NCBI RefSeq assembly: GCF_002113885.1 | Contig: NW_018405678.1 | Coordinates: 301,466 to 365,465, forward strand | DNA length: 64,000 nucleotides | Reading direction: 5' to 3' | Source of the DNA: Mizuhopecten yessoensis | Taxonomy: Eukaryota | Shown here: positions 37,701 to 49,700 of the stretch, one piece after another | Numbering within the stretch: the stretch's first letter is position 1 | How the letters are laid out: each line of letters starts with the position of its first letter | Made by a program: the position numbers and the translations under genes | Notes under the pieces: generated by a model | The model's database searches: none | Seen by the model: the letters and a program-made list of their open reading frames with translations, nothing else | What the model was told of the DNA's origin: nothing

Positions 37701-40700
37701 CTGAAGTAGGATTCAACAGTTTTGTGATAAATCACGGGAGACGACCACTTACTTGATAGCATCTGGGAACTGAGCATTTGTTACGAGGAAAGAGGAGATG
37801 CCCTTGTCATGCAGCAGGTCCACAAACTTGTTGATCTCCGGGTACATGATTGGTTCGCCGACTAGGGAGAGGGCACAGTGTTGGATGTCATGGCCCTCCT
37901 GTAGTCTCGTAGGTAGGACACCAGGTACACCTGATATATTAGATACAGGTAAAATATTTCAACAATCAAAATGCATATGACATTTTACATGCTATGACCC
38001 CTTGCAGCCTGTCCTCAGCCTCTAGGGGTCAGCCCATTGTTTTTAAAATCCCAATCCCAACCAGAGACTGATGATAACGATTTATGAGGTAAAGGATCAT
38101 TGTCATTGTTTATGGGTAATGCACAACACACAATGCTAGAAAACAAATGAAAAGTAATCACAATAAGTCAGCTTAGCCACTCAATTAACCTTAACAGACA
38201 GTAGCCAGAGTGTTTTGTACTTTAATTTAACTTTGATAATCTAATGAAGCGATCTCTGGTAGGTCCTCTTCTACCATGGTACTGTCACAGTAAATAGCAC
38301 AATCTTGGTCGTTTCCCATCCTGACTCCTACCTCAGAATTACAACAATCAGAACAGTTGCCTTTGAACTGTTTGACGTGACTTAGTTCTCAATCCTGACT
38401 CTTACTTTAGAATTACAACAATTTGGCTCCGAGATCATGTTTTTTAGTCTAAAATTGTCTCAAGTTTGGACGTGACCAATGAAAAGTGACGTCATATGTG
38501 ATTGGCTAAGCAAAAACTTAAGTCAAAGATTGTTTCCTGATCCTAGGGTAAGGACAGTTACCTTTGAATTGTTTGATGAGACTTCGATGATTTTGGATGG
38601 CCCCCTCTATCACAGTTTCAGCGTCATCCATTTTCCACCTCCACTCTGTCCCCACAGGGTTTGTGTGATGCCTGTGGGGACATAACATATATACTAGTTT
38701 AAACGTTTGAAAAGAGAAACAAAAAAGTTAATCATGTTTATCAGAATTGCAGAATATTCCTCATTAAGAGCGGAGTCAGTGCTTTCATTTACCAGTCAAC
38801 ATCCAACATAAGTGTTAAGAAGGACCTAAGGTTTTCTAAGACTCTCTTTATTAGCTCTCACCATCCGCCTCCAGGGAGTCAAACTTTACATTAAAATAGT
38901 GTCCCGTTTGCCCCCAGATGCTCAATATCAGATTTTGTTAACATCTCTTTTGTGATTTTAAACGAGTCATACATCAAACTTAAAGTTGACAGTAAAGGAT
39001 AGACATAAACACAGACAAACAAATACAAAAGCTGTACCATTGCATAAGCTGACTTCGCTTTCTGGGTATGATTAATAAGTTTAAACACACTAATATCTAG
39101 GTGAGTCATCGGCCAATCACATCATCATGACATCACCAATACAGGCATAGTGACTTTTCATAATAAACCTTTTTATAAATTTGCAGAACTTCACTAGTGA
39201 AGTAATGAAGTATTGAAGTAGTGAAGTGAAGTGAAGTATATATTGATTGGTAAAAAAACAAAGAGTTTGAAAAGGGCTGGTTGACTCACCTCCAGCAGAA
39301 AACACACTTATTGGCACAGGCAAGACTGGGTGTGGTTTCCATGCAGCGGTGACTCTCAATGCCATAGAAGGCATGCTTGTAGCACCCTCCTCTTCCTCTC
39401 AGCATCGACTGTTCTCAGGCAAAACACAAAGTTATAGTACAATACATGACTTTAACCAGACAGAGCTTTGGACTGTTACCAGGCCACAACACACAGATAC
39501 TCAGGACTGTTGCCATAAAACAGAGCTTAGGATTGTAACCAGGCAACATCACTCAGATATAACAAGAGTTTATAACTGTAATCAAGGAACAACACATAGA
39601 TATTAACTTAGCATTGTTACAAGTCCACAACACACAGAATACAGCAGCGCTTAGGAGTGTAACCAGGCAACAACTACAAGATAAAGTAGAGCTGAGGAGT
39701 GTAACCAGGCAACAACTACAAAATAAAGTAGTTCTTAGGACTGTAACCAGGCAACAACTACAAGATAAAGTAGTGCTTAGGACTGTAACCAGGCAACAAC
39801 TACAAGATACAGTAGAGCTTAGGACTGTAACCAGGTAACAACTACAAGATAAAGTAGAGCTTAGGACTGTAACCAGACAACAACTACAAGATAAAGAAGA
39901 GTTTAGGACTGTAACCAGGCAACAACTACAAGATAAAGTAGTGCTTAGGACTGTAACCAGGCAACAACTACATGATACAGTAGAGCTTAGGACTGTAACC
40001 AGGTAACAACTACAAGATAAAGTAGAGCTTAGGACTGTAACCAGACAACAACTACAAGATAAAGAAGAGTTAAGGACTGTAACCAGGCAACAACTACAAG
40101 ATAAAGTAGAGCTTAGGACTGTAACCAAGCAATTACTACAAGATAAAGTAGTGCTAAGGACTGTAACCAGACAACAACTACACGATAAAGAAGAGTTTAG
40201 GACTGTAACCAGGTAACAACTACAAGATAAAGTAGAGCTTAGGACTGTAACCAGGCAACAACTACAAGATAAAGTAGAGCTTAGGACTGTAACCAAGCAA
40301 TTACTACAAGATAAAGTAGTGCTAAGGACTGTAACCAGACAACAACTACAAGATAAAGAAGAGTTTAGGACTGTAACCAGGTAACAACTACAAGATAAAG
40401 TAGAGCTTAGGACTGTAACCAGGCAATAACTACAAGATAAAGTAAAGCTTAGGACTGTAACCTCGCAACAACACACATATACACAGGGGAACAACACAGT
40501 ATTGAGTGAGAGCTAATGATAAAACAGCTCAAATGTTGAGAGAGAAATAATGATACCACTTCCCAATTGTTGAGCAAAACCAAAATAAAATGAGCACAAT
40601 ACAGAAAATGGGAACCAGTAAAAATAGATTATTATGTCCCCTTGGTCCAGCAACACCTTATCACACGAGTGAGACCCTGTGATAACAGACGATGTTGTCC

Positions 40701-43700
40701 CTACCTTGGTCCAGCGACACAACTTGACACCCGAGTGGGACCCGATCAGTCGGTAACCCTGTTTCTCTAGTGCTTTCCTGAGCGCTGGCGTCACCATCTC
40801 CTTAGGTTCCGCACTTGCTTTGGCAAGGTCCTCTCTTTTCCTCCGTACCTGGACAAAATATCACAGTTGAAATTTCAATTATTTATCTGGAAATACTTCC
40901 ACAAATATAATTTTTTTTAAACCTTACATGGTCATAATATTTTGGTAATTATCTGCTTTTGGTAAAAAAAAAACGAATTGAAAACATTACCGTAAAAACA
41001 CAAATGAGTGTCACAGCAACTTCCTGTCTCAAACTTTACATAAAAAAGTCAGGTTTCTGCTATCACAAACATATACATTAAAACCCTCCTATATTGCCAT
41101 TATTTGTCTTACAGAAGTCTTGCATTTCAAGAGATTTGGATTTGGATATTTTTTTGTGAAACAAACAGGGTTTCAAATGAAAACGGGCACTATTTATGGA
41201 CTGAAATGCATCTTTTAAACATTTATGATGGTATGCCACACAGTTCCATTTAAATTTATTCCATGCTGCACAGTAGTGCGTCTTAGAGAATATGTTTGAA
41301 CAGAAATATATTGCATACCATCAACAAGCCATTCCTATTGGTATGTCTCGCCTGTTTCCCACTTTGACCATCAATGCACATGTCAAGTTTGGTTGGTGTA
41401 GCACTTATAGTTTCAGAGAAGCTAGCTTAAACACAAAACACTAATGTTGATCGAGATGCTGACAAAGTCAATGGACCATGAAAGGTAGGCCACATCCAGC
41501 ATTTGATGCATGGGTTGAGATGTACTACTAATGATGCATCTATGGTCCAAGTTTGGTTGGTCTAGCATTTATACTTTCAGTGAAACTAACTTAAACGTAA
41601 AAACTTAATGTTGACGCCGCCTTCGCCAAAAACTAACACCTTAATCTCGCTTCCTCTACTTCGTCGCAGCGAGACAGAAACCTCAGAATCTTCATGGTTC
41701 TTTCAACAGCATAGATCTTTGTAAAGTAACCTCTTGAAGCAGCTTTCTTTGTGTCCCTGTAAAATAGCCCAACAGTAGCGAAGACATTTGGAATACCTTT
41801 GCTTTTTTCATGTTCTTCATGACTTTTCCCAGGTCCTCCACATCTACAACACCGTTGCTCTTCTGTAGTGACATATCACTGCCGTCCTCATTTGCTTCCT
41901 CCTCCTCATCATCATCATCTTCTTCTTCACTTGTTGTCTCATACAGCTCCTGGAATCATTAAGAAGTAGGTACAGATACCTCTAAAACACTGTTGATACC
42001 CATATCATTGTATGATGGAGAAAACAGTCTTCAAAGTGATGTCATATTTATTTTAACAGGGAACTACAATTCTAACAAGAGGCCGATGGGCCTTAACGGT
42101 CACCTGATATATTTATACAAAGAGTTGATTTTTGTTTTTAACATGAACAGAAATATTATTCAAAGTGACAAAAAACAATAAAACCACCTTATTCAATATC
42201 TAGCATGCAGATTTAATACTGAAAAGTATTTGAACTAGCACCTCTGATTCTAAACAAGGAAAATGAAGAAATTTTATTTTAACACACAGACTCCATTGGG
42301 CCCCACCCTACAGCCCTTGGGGGTAGGGATGGCTCAACATTTTCAAAGTATCAAACTGTCAACTTAGGGTTATAATTCCAATCAAATTATCAACATGTAA
42401 TCTTCAAAGTATCATTTGCCATTATAAACCATAACAAATTTTGCCCCCCCCCCCTTCCTTCCCCAGGGGTAAACGTGAGACCCTAGGGTCATAAAGTTCA
42501 CAATTTTGGTAGAGCACCTAAAAACCCTTCCATCTATGAAGAGAATTTGATTCTACCATATCTGGTCTTGAGAAGAAGATTTTGAAATTTCAGTCAATTC
42601 GACCCTTTTTTTGCCCCACCCATCAGCCCCTGGGGGGTCAGTCAGGGCTGATATGTGCATACCATCAAACTGCTATCCAATACTGATAATGCTAACCCAA
42701 ATTGAATTACTTCCAATGGCAATGAAACAAATGTTGGTCCAAAATGTGATTTCCCTATATAAACTATAGTAAAGTTTCCCCCGTCCCCAGGGTCATGAAA
42801 TTCACAATTTTGGTAAAGCACCTTAAGACCCTTCCATCTATGAAGAGTAATTGATTCTTCCATATCTGGGTCTTGAGAAGAAGATTTTTGAAATTTCGGT
42901 CAATTCAACCCTTTTTGGCCCCACCCATCAGCCCCTGGGGGTCAGTCAGGGCTCATAGGTGCATACTATCAAACTGCTACCTAATACTGATAATGCTAAC
43001 CCAAATTGAATTACTTCCAATGGAAATTAAACAAATGTTGGTCCAAAATGTGATTTCCCTATATAAACTATAGTAAAGTTTACCCCCTCCCCAGGGGGAA
43101 ACGTGAGACCCCAGGGTCAAGAAATTCACAATTTCGGTAAAGCACCTTAAGACCCTTCCATCTATGAAGAGTATTTGATTCTACCATATCTGGGTCTTGA
43201 GAAGAAGATTTTTGAAATTTCAGTCAATTCAACCCTTTTTGGCCCCACCCATCAGCCCCGGGGGGTCAGTCAGGGCTGATATGTGCATACCATCAAACTG
43301 CTATCCAATACTGATAATGCTAACCCAAATTGAATTACTTCCAATGGCAATTAAACAAATGTTGGTCCAAAATGTGATTTCCCTATATAAACTATAGTAA
43401 AGTTTCCCCCGTCCCCAGGGTCATGAAATTCACAATTTTGGTAAAGCACCTTAAGACCCTTCCATCTATGAAGAGTAATTGATTCTTCCATATCTGGGTC
43501 TTGAGAAGAAGATTTTTGAAATTTCGGTCAATTCAACCCTTTTTGGCCCCACCCATCAGCCCCTGGGGGTGAGTCAGGGCTTATAGGTGCATACTGTCAA
43601 ACTGCTATCCAATACTGATAATGCAAACCTAAATTGAATTACTTTCAATGGCAATTTAACAAATGTTGGTCCAAAATGTGATTTCCCTATATAAACTATA

Positions 43701-46700
43701 GTAAAGTTTACCCCCTCCCCAGGGGAAAACGTGAGACCCCAGGGTCAAGAAATTCACAATTTTAGTAAAGCACCTTAAGATCCTTACATCTATGAAGAGT
43801 ACTTGATTCTACCATATCTGGATCTTGAGAAGAAGATTTTTGAATTTAAGTTAATTTTACCCTTTTTGGCCCCGCCCCTCAGGCCCCTGGGGGCTGGGGA
43901 CCATATAATTCACAATTTTAGTTGACAGCTTGACATGATAGTTTCCCCCCCCCCATTGTCTATTTTCAGTAAGTGACCTTGACCTTAAAAACTGTTTCCC
44001 TATTGCTCATCTACATATCACAGTTTATCACCATGTGACATTTTTAAAAAGGTCATACTTTTGGATTTCAGGATAAGAAAAGTACTCCTTACAGCCTATT
44101 TTTAGAAACAGTAACTTTGACCTTAGAATTGTTTTAACCCCTATTGCACATCTATATATATCACAGTGTGGAATGGGATATGGTTATTATGTCAGTATCT
44201 AAATATACAATCTTTCTGAAATTTGAAATGGTGATACACCGTGCAATAAGGGTTTATGAAATTTCTGAGGCCAAGGTCAAAGTCACTGTTTCTAAAACTA
44301 GGCCAAATGATATACACATATCACAGTGTATCACCGTGTCATATTTCAGAAAGATTTAAAAAGTCTCTCAGATTCTGAGATAATCTGAAGAAACAAAGTG
44401 CAGACAGAGGGACCGACACTGTGATTACTATGGGAGTCTAAAAAAGAATTCAGCAAGAAAGTCAGAAAACTTAAGTGTTATTTTGGTCAGATTTAATGCT
44501 ATAATATTTCTCATTAAAAGCCTGTAAGTTTGAAGTTTTGACCTGAACCCCTGTATTTACAGGTAACATGACTGACCTCGATCGCTCATCACTGCTACAG
44601 GCCTCCCCGGAGTCCATGCTATAATATTTCTCATTAAAAGCCTGTAAGTTTTTATTTTTGACCAGAACCCCTGTATTTACAGGTAACATGACTGACCTCT
44701 CCACTGCTACAGGCCTCCTCGGAGTCCTTACATTTGCACTTCCCACCACAATTATTAGATCCATCTGAACATTTGTCGTTTTTCTTTTGTTGATCGACTT
44801 TCTTGGTAAATGGTAAGTTTTTCAAAGTTTTCATTTTTCTCCAGAATTCTGCTCGCCATGCATCAAAATCAGCTTCTATTCCTGAAAACAAAACAATGTT
44901 TGTGTCTTACATAGGTTTACTTCTTTATGATGGTTTTAAGTTCACTGTCAATACCGTTCACAGAACAGATTTCTTGTATGTGGAGGATGTTTAAACTATT
45001 ACAATTCATTTGTAAATTATTTTTCAAAGAGAGAGTGTTCAATCCTACCTGCATGTTTACTCTCAGCAACGTTCTCATCTCCAACACCTGCATTCACAAT
45101 CCTGTGTCCAGACAACTGATGTAGTAAACTGTCAACCTTTTTACCAACCTGGGGAAACAAGAAATATGTCAAGAATGCTACTTCAATCAGCAGATATATA
45201 TATGTAGCCAGGTGTTCAACTACAACATTCAAATCATCGCCCATAGTGCCATTGTTAAGAAATGTATATGCACGTGCAGCACAGACCACCCGTCCATATC
45301 CCAGTCACCGCCGTCTCCCTACTTTAATCTGACTTTACCTCACGATGGTAACACACGGAACCATCGAGAGCACGAACCAGTCACTCCTTGCTCTGGATGC
45401 TCCTGGTAAGTATTTATGTGTGTAGTTATGAAATAATTTAACTTTAAACATAATAATCATTTGTCATATATTTCATCATTGTATATCCATTATTTTATAG
45501 TGTGAGCGATGTATGAGTGATTATGTATGTTTATTTATTCCATAGGTTTATTTGTCCATGACAAAGAATAAATCCATCTTCTCATATAACTGGAATGGCA
45601 TTTGGAGTCGATTCATTTAGAACCTACACGCTACATATATAATGTATGTATGTAACCTAACTGAACTATGCAGAATGAATTTTTGTTAATTCAACAAAAA
45701 ACTCATTCTAAATTATAACTTCTACCCAATATGGTACAGGACAACTTAAAACAAAGTGAGCAGGAATTTGGATATACCCTCCAAAGTGGTTAAGTGTGAC
45801 CTTTGACCTTTTACTCTTGTCTTGTTTACCCAATGACCACCAAAATCTAACTAGGTTAAGAAACTGGATGTAACCAAACTATGGCGTACATCTAAACTAA
45901 ATCTGTTGAGATTTGCTTGAGATGTCTTGTACACAAGCTTTTGACTTCAAAAGTGGTCAAGCGTGACCTTTGACTGACCCTTTAGCCTTGACTGATGACC
46001 ACAAATCTCGAATCAGGTGTACAGCTTGATGTTATCGTATCATATGGTGCAAATATGAACTGAATCTGTTGCAGGATTACCAGCTGCTTTGTACAAAAGA
46101 TTTTTACTATGGACACTGATGCACAGTGATTTCCATATTTACCCCTCCACTATAAGCGGGAGCATAATGTCAGCCCTTTGTATAAAATATAACAGCAAAC
46201 CACATATCAACAGCATGACTTCAAGCCTTATGGGTCTGTAGAAGTTATTTAAAAGTTTTTTAGAAACAAGTTGAGGTTGTAGAAGGCATTTTTATAGGAT
46301 CATAACCGTGCATTTTTTTTTTCAGTGGCCAAATATAAAATGTATAACTTAAACCTGCCAAACACTAATTGATATTTTATCATATTTTTAAGCCCCCCCC
46401 CCCCCAAACTTATTCACATATTGAATAACTCTAATTAACTAAGATACTTATTAACCCATTTGGTAAGATTATTTTATGGTTTTAATATGTATTAAGGATA
46501 AAAAAGGATGAATTGTGAGACATAACTAAGCCAATATATAACAAGGTCACAGTGACCTACTTATCAACCATGTGCTATTCTTTTCGGCCATTTTTAATAT
46601 TTGCAGCTTTAGTGTAACGTAATACACGAAAATGATGAAGAAACTTAAAAAAAAGATACATATAGTTTTTTCAAAAAGCGTCCATTTGTGATTTTGATCC

Positions 46701-49700
46701 CCCCACTTTACCTCCTCATATCTCGGGATGATCTCCAAGCTGACCTTAATTTCATGTCATATCAAATTGATGGCATAACCCCAAGGTATGTAAATACAAA
46801 AAATGAAACTTATCGGTGATAGCCACCAGAAGGCCCAAATTGGCACCCCTCCTTTCAATTATGATTTTGAAACTTTGATAAATGAGCCCCAAAAAAAGGC
46901 CAAAACCATGCAGAGACATTTTGCAAACATTTTGTTGGCATGCATACATATATGGATATTTCTTTTTTCTGTCATTATTTTTCAAGTTGAGCGAAAAAGT
47001 CACCAAGTTGAAATTTGATTTTTATTTCTGTTTGACTTTGCTTATTTTCATAGTATTTTTCTTCCTTAAACAATACAATCTATGAAATTGTTTGTGTATA
47101 ATTCAAAATCGGATTTAATAAACAATGCATCAAAATTATGATTTCAACAATCATTCAACAATGGTTTACACCCAAAACACTCTAAATCTTTCAACACATA
47201 TCAATGTCTAGATTGTTTTTTTATACTATCACGATAAAGCTTACCACACCAAAGTGTTCCTTGTACAATGAGTTTCCCAGTCCAAAAACAGCGTAATTGA
47301 GATCCTTCAGTAATGTTTTTTGTACACGGAAATCTGAGGATGTGTCTTGCAGCCATTTCAGGAACCAAGCACTTCCCTCTGGTGGCTGACCCTCAGTGTA
47401 GGTGGAGATAATCACAACAAGATAACAGTCATCTGCCTGGGGAAAAAAAAATCATATAAAAATTAATAAACAGTTTAAAAAATTGTTTGTTCTATTAGTT
47501 GATTTTTAAATGTATTCTTGAATAAGGATTACTTTGGAAAAAAGTTAAATGATCAAGATCTGCTTGATTCAGAAAACATTAATGCAGAGATTCAAGTTTC
47601 AAACCCTCATGCCATTGTGCAAACTAAATTTACGTATTATTATTACCCAGTATATGAGAGTAAATACATCATTTTTTTTTCAAAAGGCATGAATACAATT
47701 TGTGTGGGAATTTATCTCGATTAGAATTGGAAACAAGAAAAATGAAATATGAACGATGCTTTTATAAACCTGTATGAAGTCTTCTTATAACAGGACATCA
47801 CAGCCGCTACCATTACCAGAAATGCTGATAAATGCAACTTACATTTGACCATCTCAAATATTCTATTTATAGTAACAGTGATCTTAGTAATGTCGCGATG
47901 TAAACTTGCACAGGTTATGTTTATGAACAAGTTTTTCAGTTTCATGATAATGGATAAAAAACGTCTGTAAAGTGATGACAGCAAATCCAATTCAATGCAG
48001 CAGTGACCTTAATTTGGGCCTCATTATCAATTTAGAACACAAAATCGTACAAAAGAGGATGTTTGTGAACATATACATTTGTATGTGAAGTTTTATGACA
48101 GTAAGAAATGAAATCTGCTCAGCAATTGCAGTAGAAGTTATATTACTTGTGGCCTTGGTAGAATACCGACTCCTACAAGCAAATCAATGATGTACATTAG
48201 CTGTTATTAACATTTGTCGACCTAATCTAAACATTCTTTTCTTTTGAATGCTTTGATATACATGTTACAAGTCTGTAACTTCAAAAACAAGAATTATTTC
48301 AGAAAGATTAAAATTAAAATCTAAAATTATAAGTAAACAGATTTAAAATGATCTTTCGAACAAAAGAGACACGAAAAAAATCATCTTTTGAATATTTACA
48401 TTAATGACTTAATAAACTTATCAGACATTGCTCAACTGGCGCTGTATGTGAGAGACTTACCTCGTCAGCCAGTGTATCCTCAGGTTCGTAAACTTTCAGG
48501 TCCTGTATCTCGGACGTAAAACCCTTACGTTCAGCATCACTGGCTAAAAGTCCAGCAAACGTCTTGAAAAGGAAGAATCATACATATTGTTATTGATGAA
48601 TTAATTTATAAATAATGAAGTAACACATTTACATTCTTAATTGATGAGTTACTATAGTGGTATTATAGTTCAAATGTATATGAATTTAACCAGATTCCTC
48701 CAACATTCTCTTACCATTCTTCATTACATATATATACTTAATTTACTTCACAACAGTAATGAAAAATCTTTTGTTATCTTATATTAATCACTCATGTTAG
48801 CCTGGATGGAAGTGTGCATGGGGAAACACGAGTGTGTGAGAAAACGAGTAGCTGGAAAAGTCCAACATGGCTGGGCAGTTGACCCTATACTTTTAATGTA
48901 AGACCATCCCTCATTACTTGAGTTTTGCGCCTGCGACGGATCTATCAACGATTTTGTCTAGTTGTATAATGAAAATTTTAATGCTGAAAGTCAGTAAAAA
49001 AATATGAATCTGAAGTTTGACCAATCCATTGGGGTGTAAATTTAAAATGGCTCCATTATCAGTTGATATTGTCTTCACATGACCTTCACTGTCACAGAAA
49101 TATAAAACAAACCAACATTTGAGCCCTCCACATATACACTGTCTGATGTTTTGTTTTAAAACTAAGGCCGGTGAATATCAGGCTTCACAACACTCTTTGT
49201 AATTAGCATGTCTGACTTATATGTTTTAACAAAATGTTGTCTGGATTTTCTTTTTAAGTTAAATATTTAATTACGAAGTTCTTCTTCACACGAACATTTT
49301 CTTAAGTTCGGTAGTCTTACCTTAGACTTCCCTGTTTGTGTACCAAACAAGACCTTGAGTTTCTTTTGCCTTGCCTGTGTGGTATCAGATGTACTGATAG
49401 TGGGTTCAGCTTTGTTAGTCACTGTCTCTGGTGGGGAACTATATCCCTTCTACAACACAAAATAGGTAATACAATGTACAGCCATGTTTCTACTGCCTGG
49501 TGGAGGACAATTTCCATTCTACAATACACAATCAGTGATCATGTGTCTACTTTCTGGTGGAACTGGGGGGGACTATATCTCTTCTACAATACACAATGGG
49601 TGACATAGTGATGTGTCTACTCTCTGGTGGAGGACTATATCCCTCCTACAACTTGGAGGACTATATCCCTCCTACAACACACCAATAGGTAATTCATAAT

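Noticed and set aside
39640-40465. CRISPR-like appearance of regularly spaced repeats (also 49425-50300)
   Set aside because: Head-to-tail tandem units with no unique spacers, no cas genes and a eukaryotic intronic context.
39553-40497. 314-aa Cys/Ser/Leu/Val-rich ORF on the minus strand
   Set aside because: It is a translation of the 42-bp minisatellite inside a TYW1 intron, with no unique coding sequence or splice support.
42642-43397. Repeated 66-73-aa ORFs
   Set aside because: Translations of satellite monomers in the HINE element.
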